From NCBI GenBank assembly GCA_964401485.1, contig CAYNYL010000003.1, positions 18,365-82,364 of the forward strand: a DNA stretch of 64,000 nt. The letters are read 5' to 3'. The notes beneath the pieces are model-generated. The model searched no databases. It worked only from the letters and a program-made list of their open reading frames with translations, and was not told the origin of the DNA. Shown here in pieces: positions 27,219 to 36,540 of this stretch; the stretch's first letter is position 1, and the number at the start of each line of letters is the position of its first letter. This DNA comes from an uncultured Gammaproteobacteria bacterium. GTDB taxonomy: Bacteria > Patescibacteriota > Patescibacteriia > UBA9934. The translations under genes were made by a program, and so were the position numbers.

Positions 27219-27941
27219 CTAACGGACGTCCTTGAAGGCGGACTGGAGCAAGCCCTGTAAGGCGATCGCGATGTTCGAGGCGAGCTCCTCTCTGCGCGCT
27301 GGGTCTTTGCGTAGTGAGGCGTGGATCTCGAGTTGGACCGCATCGAGTCCCGCCTCGCCGTACTTGTACCCGAATGACCGGACGATGTACCCACCTCGAA
27401 AACTACTCTTCACGCCGAGCATCTCATCGGGCGAGTAGGCGATCGTGTAGTCGGTTTTCAGTGGGGCGGCGAGGAGGTAGTCGAGGTGGTTTGGCGCCGT
27501 TCGGCCCTGATCCGTCCCAAAGATCAGTTGCAACCCTCGAGGCGTTGTCGTTGGTTCGTTCGCAAATCCGTGGATGTCGAGCAAGAACGCGAATCCGTGG
27601 TTACGGATTGTGCGTTCGATCTGGGCGGAGAGAACTCCGTGGTACTCGCGCCAACTTCCCTCGAACCCCTCGACCCATGCCTGCGGGCCGGGCTTGCGAT
27701 TCGGGTCGGCGTGCCGTCGATCAAGGGTGAAGCTGACAAGCGTCGGAGTGATCTCTCGCTTGTGAAGTTCTTCCATGACCGAGAACGTGAGTTCTCGCGT
27801 ATGGTCGTCGAGCCCGGTTCCTCCCTCCGCAATCCACTTTGCGACATGCGGGAGAATTGGCTTGTCATCGAATCTCTCCGTCCCATCGTGCGGAACGGAC
27901 AGGACGATCGGGCACGAGCCCTCTAAAAGAACGGTATGCAT
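27219..27941 (-). CDS. N-formylglutamate amidohydrolase (FGase)-family zinc hydrolase, GC-rich
   Basis: LSVPHDG near the N-terminus and AFLLDIHGF resemble the FGase PHxG/LLDLHS motifs. Confidence 0.5.
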   Translation of the reverse strand: MHTVLLEGSCPIVLSVPHDGTERFDDKPILPHVAKWIAEGGTGLDDHTRELTFSVMEELHKREITPTLVSFTLDRRHADPNRKPGPQAWVEGFEGSWREYHGVLSAQIERTIRNHGFAFLLDIHGFANEPTTTPRGLQLIFGTDQGRTAPNHLDYLLAAPLKTDYTIAYSPDEMLGVKSSFRGGYIVRSFGYKYGEAGLDAVQLEIHASLRKDPARREELASNIAIALQGLLQSAFKDVR

Positions 27942-27989
27942 CGGATCCTCCGAATTGAAATGCTAAAAAAACGTAGCAGAAGTAGCGAA

Positions 27990-28475
27990 TTAGTTCAATT
28001 CGGCGATGTATGGGGCAAGGGTTTCATTGCCCGTTAAAAAATATTCCGCAACGATCTCGCACTGTTCTTCGATATCATATTCACGAAAGGATTTTGCCTC
28101 GTCGAAATTGACCGAGTAGGCGTTACGTTCGGTTAGTGTTTCTAAAAGCGCTCGTGGAATATAGCCAAGGCCAAAATTCTGATATTGCCAAATATGACAG
28201 CCTTCATGTACTAGGAGCGCTTGCTTTTTTAGGGTATCGGCCTCCCAGTGTCTTGGAAATGTAATCGTATTACCGATCGTCAGCCCTGGATAAATGATCA
28301 TTAGGATTCCACCGTGCTTAATCCGCACCTCGTCGTAATTAATGCTCTCGCCATACAGTTTTTCCAAAATCGTGCGCTCCCCATCCGTTAGTGTTCGTCG
28401 ATTGATAAACATCGGCACAAAAATGATCGAAAATGCTATACACCCTGTAAGTAAAGCGACGATAAATTTCCGCAT
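27990..28475 (-). CDS. Membrane-anchored putative zincin-like metallopeptidase (HExxH)
   Basis: N-terminal TM. LLVHEGCHIWQYQ carries an HExxH motif. Confidence 0.4.
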   Translation of the reverse strand: MRKFIVALLTGCIAFSIIFVPMFINRRTLTDGERTILEKLYGESINYDEVRIKHGGILMIIYPGLTIGNTITFPRHWEADTLKKQALLVHEGCHIWQYQNFGLGYIPRALLETLTERNAYSVNFDEAKSFREYDIEEQCEIVAEYFLTGNETLAPYIAELN

Positions 28476-28573
28476 AGTTGATTGAGCTTATCCTAGCATA
28501 ATCAATCGAAATTCGCATGGAGGCAGTCACCAACTAAAGCATGAAGACCGCCGGGAGGGCGGTCTTACGTAGG

Positions 28574-29071
28574 CTAGTGCGTCGTGCGACGCGGAGGTCC
28601 CATCGGGACGGTGATGCCGAGAAGGATTCCGGCGCCACCACCGGCCATCAAAAGATTGCCGGTCATGGCGTATGGCTCGAGGTCGTGGCGGTACTGCCAC
28701 TGTTCGAGCTCGGAGAGCGTGGTGGCCTCGGCGCGGTACTTGAGCTGGGCGCTGGCCGAGAGGGCAAGGCCCGTGATGAACGCGGCGCCGGAGACGGCCG
28801 TGACGACGCGGTTCGTTCGGCCTATCCGGTACGGCTCGCTTTCGGGGCCGACCTCGACGAGGCGGGGGACGAGCGCCCAGTCTTCGCTGGCGCAGATCAC
28901 GGTCCTTCCGGTCCAAGCCACCGTTTCACCCGTCTCGAGTTGCTGGACGGCCGGTTCGAGCTGGAGCTCGGGACTCGCGAGGGCTGGGGTGGCGAAGAAC
29001 ACGGAAAGGAGCGTGACGAACAGATAAGCGGGCATGAAAGCTCCAATACTTAGTCTTTGGCGGAATACCAA
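28574..29071 (-). CDS. Hypothetical secreted/membrane protein in a GC-rich island
   Basis: Signal-like N-terminus (MPAYLFVTLLSVFFATPALA) and a C-terminal hydrophobic stretch. The choice of strand and frame among several GC-driven ORFs is uncertain. Confidence 0.35.
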   Translation of the reverse strand: MVFRQRLSIGAFMPAYLFVTLLSVFFATPALASPELQLEPAVQQLETGETVAWTGRTVICASEDWALVPRLVEVGPESEPYRIGRTNRVVTAVSGAAFITGLALSASAQLKYRAEATTLSELEQWQYRHDLEPYAMTGNLLMAGGGAGILLGITVPMGPPRRTTH

Positions 29072-29121
29072 AAAGACTCACCAGTCTATCACGGATGAGC
29101 CTTTTTGTCTATTAAAGGCCT

Positions 29122-30819
29122 CTAATTCTCTAACAGGTCTACGCGACGACGCAGGGAGGATGTGTCTACGGCGAGGTCACTCGCGTTCTCAAGGGCGGTT
29201 CCAAACGACAGGCGTGACCAAGTCGTTGGCGGAAGATCGATGACGTAATCTGCCCAGCTTGGCCCATAGAGCGACCTTGCGAGGCCTTCGCTCGTAATCC
29301 AACGGAATATTGGAGCCTCGGGCGTCCCGTCTATGGCAAAGACGTCCGGAACGGACTGGATTTTTACGAGAACGGTACCAGCTTTTGGAAGAAGCGTCGG
29401 GCCAAGAGGGATAGCTTGCAATGATTCTTCGTCGATCACTGATACTTCATTGAAAGACGTGGCCCAGGTGAAGAAGGTTTGTTCGTCGGGAATCGGGCGA
29501 CGACGATTTGACGAATCGAGGAGATAGATCGTGGAAGTCGAAGCAGAGCGTACAAATGTTTGTGACTGCTCGACGGGCCATTTCATTACTAAGGATTCAG
29601 CACTACCTAGTTGTACCGCGAGGTCGGTTGATTCAACGAAAAAGGTGACATCTTGATTTTTATACGATGCCGGAAGATTGCCGGACCAAGCGCCAAGTAG
29701 CGGTACAGCGCTTGAAAGCGGAACGGCGACTCCGTCCTCTCCCTTTACAAAAACGCGAACGTACCGCACGTCGTTTCCCGAGCTCCAGGTTAGGCGAGTG
29801 AACCCCGAGGAATCAATCGTGGCATTCACGTTTGAAATGGAATAATCCACTACTGGTTTTTTTATCACGACATTTGAGCTCGTGTTCATTGTTGTGAAAT
29901 TCCATGTTGTTTGCGACGAGATTCCGGCGAATGGATTGCTCCACGCGTCAACGAACGCACCCTCGTCGATCGTGATATGGTAGGGGGTATTTGAGAGAAG
30001 GTGGTTTGGTAGGCTGACGGTAATCGTGTTTGTGCCGGACCCCGTAACCTCGTCACCTGTTACATCGATTGTTGCGGAGGCGGTGGAATTGGCGGTTTGT
30101 ACAACGGTGATATTTCCCGTTCCAACGGTAACCGCTTCGCTAAACGTGAGCGTTAACTCTGGTCGAGTTGAAACACCGAATGAATTGTCGATTGGCGAAA
30201 TTGCTGTGAGTATTGGGTCAGCGTCGTCGGCAATAGTAAGAACGAATTCATCAAACGATGCTCCGTGGTTACCGGGAAGTCCTGCAGAATCGGTCGTTGT
30301 TGCGATAACGCGAATATAGCGCATTCCTGGGCCGTAGCTTCCAAGTCCAAGCGTTCTTTGCGTCCATTCGGCGGAAGCAGTGTGCGGATCCGGGAGCGAG
30401 GTAATCGCCATTGCTCCAAGTCCTGAGCCAAGCATCTGAAGGCCAACATCGTAGGTATCATTCTCTCCGTCGTCATCGTTTCCCTTTACATAGACCGAAA
30501 GCGAGATCCCTGTAATCGAATCGAGTTGCGCTTCGGTGTAGCCGAGATCTAAGAGATCAACGGTTTGGGTAAGCGTGCTTGTTGCATTTCCACCACGAAA
30601 ACTATACGTACCGGCATAGGCGCCGGTCGCAGGAGTTGTCCACGCTTCACCGGTGACTTCGGGAGTCCATCCATCCAGGCTTCCGAGTTCCGCACCGGGG
30701 TTTGTGAGATTCGAAGGGGGAAGAGCAAAAGCTGGAAGCGCCCCTATGAACACTAGGAGGAGAAAAACAACAAAAGTCGGGTTCAGTTTAAGGCGCATAG
30801 TTCTATCCAAGTATAGCAA
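29122..30819 (-). CDS. Secreted cell-surface protein with bacterial Ig-like domain(s)
   Basis: Signal peptide. Middle segment DPILTAISPIDNSFGVSTRPELTLTFSEAVTVGTGNITV fits an SbsA/BIG-type Ig-like domain. Thr/Ser-rich. Confidence 0.55.
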   Translation of the reverse strand: MLYLDRTMRLKLNPTFVVFLLLVFIGALPAFALPPSNLTNPGAELGSLDGWTPEVTGEAWTTPATGAYAGTYSFRGGNATSTLTQTVDLLDLGYTEAQLDSITGISLSVYVKGNDDDGENDTYDVGLQMLGSGLGAMAITSLPDPHTASAEWTQRTLGLGSYGPGMRYIRVIATTTDSAGLPGNHGASFDEFVLTIADDADPILTAISPIDNSFGVSTRPELTLTFSEAVTVGTGNITVVQTANSTASATIDVTGDEVTGSGTNTITVSLPNHLLSNTPYHITIDEGAFVDAWSNPFAGISSQTTWNFTTMNTSSNVVIKKPVVDYSISNVNATIDSSGFTRLTWSSGNDVRYVRVFVKGEDGVAVPLSSAVPLLGAWSGNLPASYKNQDVTFFVESTDLAVQLGSAESLVMKWPVEQSQTFVRSASTSTIYLLDSSNRRRPIPDEQTFFTWATSFNEVSVIDEESLQAIPLGPTLLPKAGTVLVKIQSVPDVFAIDGTPEAPIFRWITSEGLARSLYGPSWADYVIDLPPTTWSRLSFGTALENASDLAVDTSSLRRRVDLLEN

Positions 30820-30890
30820 ACTTTCTTTTGAGTTCCTGTGAGCGTTGATGCTGTAAACAAAAATCCCTGCTGTTTAAGCAGAGACGTTTG

Positions 30891-30966
30891 TGGCAGGGGC
30901 GACAGGATTCGAACCTGCGACCAACGGTTTTGGAGACCGCTACTCTACCAGCTGAGCTACACCCCT
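30891..30966 (-). tRNA. tRNA-Trp (anticodon CCA)
   Basis: Cloverleaf folds. Acceptor AGGGGTG/CGCCCCT, anticodon loop CUCCAAA, CCA end encoded. Confidence 0.8.
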
Positions 30967-31040
30967 ATGCTAGGGTAGGATACAGTAAATGGCCATTATT
31001 TACAAGTTTTTTTCCGCGTGGTACAGTGTCGCCACAAAAT

Positions 31041-31117
31041 GCCAATGTAGCTCAGTTGGTTAGAGCAGCTGTTTTGTAAACAGCAGGTCATCGGTTCGAA
31101 TCCGATCATTGGCTCCA
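31041..31117 (+). tRNA. tRNA-Thr (anticodon TGT)
   Basis: Acceptor GCCAATG/CATTGGC, anticodon stem GCTGT/ACAGC with loop TTTGTAA, short variable arm, CCA encoded. Confidence 0.8.
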
Positions 31118-31120
31118 GAC

Positions 31121-31206
31121 GGGTCGGTACTCAAGCGGTCAACGAGGGCAGACTGTAAATCTGCTGGCATTCGCCTACGGGGGTTCGAGTCCCTCCCGGC
31201 CCACCA
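31121..31206 (+). tRNA. tRNA-Tyr (anticodon GTA), class II with long variable arm
   Basis: Acceptor GGGTCGG/CCGGCCC, anticodon loop CTGTAAA, 14-nt variable arm, CCA encoded. Only 3 nt after tRNA-Thr. Confidence 0.8.
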
Positions 31207-31209
31207 AAA

Positions 31210-31240
31210 ATCCATCGTGGAAACACGGTGGTTTTTTGTT
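31210..31240 (+). terminator. Intrinsic terminator after the tRNA cluster (CCATCGTG-gaaa-CACGGTGG plus T6)
   Basis: 8-bp stem (one U.G) with a GNRA-like loop, followed by TTTTTTG. Confidence 0.6.
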
Positions 31241-31281
31241 GTAAACGAAACACGGCCCGAGGGGGCCGTGTGAGAGGATGC

Positions 31282-32577
31282 CTACCAAAGCGCTTCCACG
31301 AAATCCGCCCAGGGGATTCCGAGTGCGCGACAGGCTTTTTGCGCCTGCATGCGCAGAATGTGCGTGTCAATTTGGTGGGGGTTACTGAAGCGAACCGTTT
31401 TGCCCTTGTGGGAGATCATCGTGTGGTGTGACCGGAACACGAGTGCCCCAAGGCGAACGAATGCGTTCACCGCTTTCCGATACGTGAGGCTGCGAACATA
31501 AAAGGTCTCGCGACGTTCTCTGGTCGCTGGTTCGTGGTTTGCCTCTTCATCCTTATGCTCGGCCCCTTCATCCGAAGCGAAGGTTTCCTCTGGAATATCT
31601 TCAGTTAAGTTTTCCAGGGGATCGCCACGGGGTACGATTTCTCCATCCATGGCCTTTTCGGGCCCAGGCGTTCCAAATACGAGTGCTCCGTCCAGGATTG
31701 CCGACCGGATCAGTTCCTCGGCTGTTTCGAGGAGAAAGTCGTAGAGGTCTTCTACGGCGTAGACCCGGAAGCCTGCTCGAAGACTGTATAGTGGTGAAAA
31801 AATGGAGAGCGTCCGGGTCGTGAGCGAGTAGTTCGCTTGGAAGTGGTATCTCGAGGGTGTCGCGAGATCGAACGTGACAAAGTCGGTACTTACGCCTTCC
31901 TCGGGTGTCACAATGGACCAGCGTACAACACTGCTTACCGCCTCAAAGAACGCATTTGGTTGTTTGTCGTACACTAGACTATCGTTTGCCCGGATGTACT
32001 CTTCCGCGTTTGTACCGGGGAGAAGGTGTGTGCTCGAGAAGCGTCGAAGAAACCGATAGGCTTCATCGCTACGATTCCTGAATCGAGCCCTTTCCTCTTG
32101 CGTCATCCTACTCGTCGTGATGCCGAGGTACTTACAAAAGGTTGCCCAGTTTGTTGATGGATGGCGCTCGGTAGGATCCCAGGTCGGATCGGTGAGTACG
32201 CCGTCTCGAATTGGAGTGTGCGCAATGCTTGCATGCTCGATCAGCATGATGCCGTGGAGGGCAAGCACTCGGTTTTGCGCGGCCACTCGATCGAACCATT
32301 CGTGCAGTACGCGCGAGTCTCTTTCGAGAGATTTTGCGGTACGGTATTTTACACCGGTGATAAGATCATTTGTGAGACCAGCTCCAGCTTCGTCGATTCG
32401 ATCTTCGAACCCATCTGCGCGAAGGATTCTGATCGCTTCGATGAAGTCATCGCTTGAGTCGACGACTTCTTCATATTGGTCCATTCTCGTAAGGATATCG
32501 ATGAACCGCTGACGCGTTTGACGTGAGACGATATTTCGGATGGTAAGGAGCTTTGAAAAGTCCGGTTGACTCGACAT
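31282..32577 (-). CDS. Hypothetical protein (about 431 aa from the internal AGAGG-preceded ATG; the track ORF extends to 32715)
   Basis: Long ORF. Start chosen at MSSQPDF, which has an AGAGG SD. No family recognised. Confidence 0.45.
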   Translation of the reverse strand: MSSQPDFSKLLTIRNIVSRQTRQRFIDILTRMDQYEEVVDSSDDFIEAIRILRADGFEDRIDEAGAGLTNDLITGVKYRTAKSLERDSRVLHEWFDRVAAQNRVLALHGIMLIEHASIAHTPIRDGVLTDPTWDPTERHPSTNWATFCKYLGITTSRMTQEERARFRNRSDEAYRFLRRFSSTHLLPGTNAEEYIRANDSLVYDKQPNAFFEAVSSVVRWSIVTPEEGVSTDFVTFDLATPSRYHFQANYSLTTRTLSIFSPLYSLRAGFRVYAVEDLYDFLLETAEELIRSAILDGALVFGTPGPEKAMDGEIVPRGDPLENLTEDIPEETFASDEGAEHKDEEANHEPATRERRETFYVRSLTYRKAVNAFVRLGALVFRSHHTMISHKGKTVRFSNPHQIDTHILRMQAQKACRALGIPWADFVEALW

Positions 32578-32939
32578 GGTAACCTCTGGGTTGTGAAGGG
32601 ACGGGGTAAAATAATAGTGCAAAAAGGCTTGTTTGTCAACCCAAAACGGGTACAATGAACCTGTAATTCTTAGCCCATTTGTTATGCAATGGTATTCGTA
32701 TTCGCTCGGGGTCACGTCGAGAAATGATATTGAGAACGCTTGCTCGTCGGCCGGAATGTCCTCGTTTTCGCCGGAGATGCCGTTTTATTTCGGGTATCAG
32801 GACGCGCAGGGTCGGCAGGTAAAAGTCGGGCCAGAAGGAATTGAAGACAAAGTGTACATTGGAATTCCAGACGGTGGAGCGATCGCGGTAGAGGAGGCGC
32901 TTCGAGAAGTCGCAGGGGCAATCGGACTTTCGATATAAT

Positions 32940-33482
32940 ATGAAGGGCATACCGGAAATTGCGGTGTTTGCGGGAGGATGTTTTTGGTGTCTTGACGCGG
33001 TGTTTCGCGAGCTCAAGGGGGTGACGGGCGTGCAGGCGGGGTATACGGGAGGTGAAATCGAATCGCCAACCTATGACGCTGTCTGCTCCGGCTCGACGGG
33101 TCATGCCGAGGCTGTGCTTGTCGAATATGATCCGGAAGTTTTAAGTTATGACATTTTGCTTAATGTCTTTTTTGCGACCCATGACCCAACGACGCTTAAC
33201 CGTCAGGGAAATGATATCGGGACGCAGTATCGTTCCGCGATTTTTTATCGCAATGACGAACAAAAGAAATCGGCGGAGGAGACGATCAATCGTCTCGAGA
33301 AAGACGGGACCTATTCGAAGATCGTAACGGAGGTTGTTCCGCTTACGACGTTTTACCCGGCCGAGCAGTATCACCAAAATTATTTCGCACGGAATCCAGA
33401 GCAGGGCTATTGTTCCGCAATCATCTCGCCAAAACTCGCGAAGCTCCGCGCGTCGTTTAAGGAGCTGCTTTTGCAGTCTTGA
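32940..33482 (+). CDS. msrA: Peptide methionine sulfoxide reductase MsrA
   Basis: FAGGCFWCLDAVF contains the GCFWC active-site motif. Confidence 0.85.
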   Translation: MKGIPEIAVFAGGCFWCLDAVFRELKGVTGVQAGYTGGEIESPTYDAVCSGSTGHAEAVLVEYDPEVLSYDILLNVFFATHDPTTLNRQGNDIGTQYRSAIFYRNDEQKKSAEETINRLEKDGTYSKIVTEVVPLTTFYPAEQYHQNYFARNPEQGYCSAIISPKLAKLRASFKELLLQS

Positions 33483-34005
33483 GGCGGAAGCCGAGGGAAG
33501 TGACCGTGTGCACGGTAACGAGGATAACGCCGGCGATAAGCGAACCGTAGTCGAGTCCGTCGAGAAGTCCAAGTAACGCAAACCCGAGAACGACCGTTAG
33601 ATGGAGTGTGAGCATCGGTGTAACGAGGTTGTTTTGTTCGAATTCGTCACTTTTGGTTTTGTTGAGCATGGCGAGCTGGAGGAGCTGCGCGCCTGTAACG
33701 AGGAGGATTGGTAGCCGTATTGCCCAGAGGGTTGCACCGATTGAGTCGTCAACGATGCCCATTGAAACGGCAAAAATAAGAAAGAGAGTCGTGAGGATAG
33801 ACATCCAGAACGTGTACACACCGACCATGAACCAATCAATGATTGGCTTCCTTGATATGAGATTATAGGCGATCATGAGCGGGATTAAGATCAGCGCTTC
33901 GGCGAACCAAAGATAGGCGATTTCGACGGGGCTCCATCCGAACGCGAAAATACCGATAAACGGAATCGCGGACGAGGTGATTGCAAGGAGGTAGGAGAAC
34001 ATACG
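33457..34005 (-). CDS. Polytopic membrane protein, paralog of the adjacent gene
   Basis: 5 to 6 TM helices. IPFIGIFAFGW is similar to the neighbour's IPIFGVILFDW. Start re-anchored to MFSYLLA. Confidence 0.45.
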   Translation of the reverse strand, partial: RMFSYLLAITSSAIPFIGIFAFGWSPVEIAYLWFAEALILIPLMIAYNLISRKPIIDWFMVGVYTFWMSILTTLFLIFAVSMGIVDDSIGATLWAIRLPILLVTGAQLLQLAMLNKTKSDEFEQNNLVTPMLTLHLTVVLGFALLGLLDGLDYGSLIAGVILVTVHTVTSLGFRLKTAKAAP

Positions 34006-34006
34006 G

Positions 34007-34570
34007 TTATCGTGATTTGGCAATGTATCCGTTGGTATGGGCAATGTAGAGATGGACGAATGTCGCGAACGAAATGAAAACGAGTCCAATTTGGCTTGTG
34101 TCTGGGAATCTTTCCCAAACGCTAAGCGTCAATCCAAAGCCAATTAAGAGCGTTCCGAGCACCGCGCGTACTTCGTCGTGGATGTACTTTGCATCGTGAT
34201 CGCGAAGTGGTTTCGTAAAGCGCGTGATTCCGAGTGTGAAAACAGCAATCGACGGGACGATGAGTGCTTTTAAAAAATCTGGCTCTGTGAGCTTCGGTTC
34301 GAGGACCGCGAAAACAAGGGTAAAAATTGCGATCGTAGCAAGTAGGATAAAGACTAGCCAGGGGGTGGCAATTTCAGACTTGAGTGTTCCTTTTGGAAAC
34401 GTGGTGAGGCTTATAGTGAAGCACGCTGTGACCGCGAGCGCATCGATAAGCATAAGAACCGGGATTGTCATTGCGTTCCAATCGAAGAGTATGACACCAA
34501 AGATTGGGATAATTCCGGAAAGACAGATCGAGAAAAACGTGCTGATGCGCATATAGAGGGAGTATAACAA
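34007..34570 (-). CDS. Polytopic membrane protein (tandem paralog)
   Basis: 5 to 6 TM helices with motifs shared with the 33457..34005 protein. Confidence 0.45.
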   Translation of the reverse strand: MLYSLYMRISTFFSICLSGIIPIFGVILFDWNAMTIPVLMLIDALAVTACFTISLTTFPKGTLKSEIATPWLVFILLATIAIFTLVFAVLEPKLTEPDFLKALIVPSIAVFTLGITRFTKPLRDHDAKYIHDEVRAVLGTLLIGFGLTLSVWERFPDTSQIGLVFISFATFVHLYIAHTNGYIAKSR

Positions 34571-34598
34571 AACGCTCCCGGGAAGGGGAGCGATTGTT

Positions 34599-36398
34599 TT
34601 AGGCGACGCCGTTGCGTTTGCGGTCGTGCTCTTTTAGGAACTTCTTTCGGAGGCGAACCTTTGTTGGCGTGATCTCGACGTACTCGTCTTTATCGACATA
34701 TTCGAGGGCGCGCTCAAGGTTCATATCAAGGTGCGGGGTAAGTTTTACGGCCATGTCCGCTCCGCTTGATCGCATGTTCGTCAATTTCTTTTCACGGATT
34801 GCGTTAACGGTCATGTTCTCTTTTGACGACGCACCAATGACCATTCCTTCGTAAATATCCTCTCCAGGTCCAACGAAGAGCGTTCCGCGGTCCTCGAGTC
34901 CCTCGAGAGCGTACGGCGTTGTCTTTCCGTCAAAGCCCGAGATAATCGAACCGGTGTTTCGGCGGTCGATATCGCCCTTGTGTGGTCCGTATTTAAGGAA
35001 TTGGTGCGAGAGCGTTCCTTCTCCCTTAGTGTCGGTCAAAAATTCCGTTCGGTAGCCGAGAAGTCCGCGCGTAGGGATTTCGTATTCGAGACGGGTGTAG
35101 CCGTTCTCGGTCGACATGTTCTTCATTTCTCCCTTTCGGCGTCCAAGCTTTTCGATCACGGTTCCTTGTGACTCTTCCGGAACGTCGATGATACAAATTT
35201 CGATCGGCTCGAGAAGCTGTCCATTCTCTTCCTTGAGCGCAACTTCCGGCTGACCAACTTGCATTTCAAATCCTTCACGGCGCATTTGCTCAAGAAGAAT
35301 CGAAAGATGCATTTCTCCGCGACCATGAAGCATAAACGCTTCCGCGGTGTCTGGCATCTCGATTTTAAGTCCAACGTTTGTTTGGAGTTCTTTTTCAAGG
35401 CGTTCGCGGATTTGGCGTGAGGTAACGTAGGTTCCTTCGCGACCTGCAAATGGGGAATTGTTCACGAGAAGTTCCATCTTAAGCGTCGGTTGGTCGATCG
35501 CGATACGCGGAAGTTGTTCTGCGTCATCTTTCTCCGCAACGGTATCTCCTACGGTGATCTCCGGGATTCCGGCAATTTGAACGATGTCTCCGGCTGGCGC
35601 TGATTCAACCTCGACTTTCTTAAGTCCAACGTGCGTAAAGAGTTTTGTAATCTTTTCCTTTCGGCGTTTTCCGGATTCGTCGATAACGGTAACGGTCATT
35701 CCGGATTTGATCGTTCCTTCGTAAACGCGTCCAACGGCAAGACGTCCGATATAATCGTCGTAGAAAAGGTTTGCTGGCTGCATCCGCATTGGGAGCATTG
35801 TTTCCGATTTTGCCGGTTTGACTTCCGAAAGAAGGAGGTCGAAAAGAGGGCGAAGGCTTGTGCTTTCATCCGCAAGGTCGAGTTTTGCGATTCCTTCACG
35901 AGCGATCGCGAAAATATATTTGAAATCGAGTTGCTCGTCGGTTGCTCCAAGTTCAACGAAAAGATCGAATACCATGTTCACAACCTCTTCAGGGCGCGCC
36001 ATCGGTTTGTCGATCTTGTTAATGACGACGATTGGTTTAAGTCCAAGGGCAAGCGATTTTCGAAGAACGAATTTTGTTTGTGGCATCGGTCCTTCGAAGG
36101 CGTCGACAAGAAGGAGAACGGAATCTACCATTCGAAGCACACGCTCAACCTCACTTCCAAAATCGGCGTGTCCAGGGGTGTCGACAATATTAATTTTTTG
36201 ACCGTCGATATTGATCGCGGTGTTTTTTGCGTAAATCGTAATTCCACGCTCTCGTTCGAGCTCGTTTGAGTCCATGACGCGCTCCTCGATAATTTCTCGC
36301 TCGGAGAAGGTTCCGGACTGTTTAAGCATGGCGTCAACGAGGGTCGTCTTTCCATGGTCAACGTGGGCAATAATCGCAATGTTTCGAATATCAGGCAT
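34599..36398 (-). CDS. typA: Translational GTPase TypA/BipA
   Basis: [20 protein letters not shown]1 motif, [13 protein letters not shown]. 599 aa, a typical BipA length. Confidence 0.9.
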   Translation of the reverse strand: MPDIRNIAIIAHVDHGKTTLVDAMLKQSGTFSEREIIEERVMDSNELERERGITIYAKNTAINIDGQKINIVDTPGHADFGSEVERVLRMVDSVLLLVDAFEGPMPQTKFVLRKSLALGLKPIVVINKIDKPMARPEEVVNMVFDLFVELGATDEQLDFKYIFAIAREGIAKLDLADESTSLRPLFDLLLSEVKPAKSETMLPMRMQPANLFYDDYIGRLAVGRVYEGTIKSGMTVTVIDESGKRRKEKITKLFTHVGLKKVEVESAPAGDIVQIAGIPEITVGDTVAEKDDAEQLPRIAIDQPTLKMELLVNNSPFAGREGTYVTSRQIRERLEKELQTNVGLKIEMPDTAEAFMLHGRGEMHLSILLEQMRREGFEMQVGQPEVALKEENGQLLEPIEICIIDVPEESQGTVIEKLGRRKGEMKNMSTENGYTRLEYEIPTRGLLGYRTEFLTDTKGEGTLSHQFLKYGPHKGDIDRRNTGSIISGFDGKTTPYALEGLEDRGTLFVGPGEDIYEGMVIGASSKENMTVNAIREKKLTNMRSSGADMAVKLTPHLDMNLERALEYVDKDEYVEITPTKVRLRKKFLKEHDRKRNGVA

Positions 36399-36472
36399 AA
36401 ATGCTTAAAAATCCGCAAAATTGTACCACGGCGCTCCAAGTTTGGCAATGGGGAAACAGGAGTTGGTTCATT

Positions 36473-36501
36473 TTGACAAAATCAGGGAAAAAGTGTATGA
36501 T
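36473..36501 (+). promoter_or_regulatory. Promoter TTGACA-17-TATGAT for the GC-rich gene at 36541
   Basis: tTTGACAaaatcagggaaaaagtgTATGAT, then a GGAGG RBS 6 nt before the ATG. Confidence 0.5.
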
Positions 36502-36540
36502 TTTCGGTCCGAGTCATTGTGACGCGGATGTTCGTTTCCA

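Noticed and set aside
31041-31117. Initial reading of this tRNA as Tyr (GTA)
   Set aside because: With the anticodon stem registered correctly (GCTGT/ACAGC) the loop is TTTGTAA, anticodon TGT, and the short variable arm fits Thr. The true class II Tyr tRNA is the next gene.
35631-36269. 212-aa plus-strand ORF antisense to typA
   Set aside because: typA is unambiguous on the minus strand.
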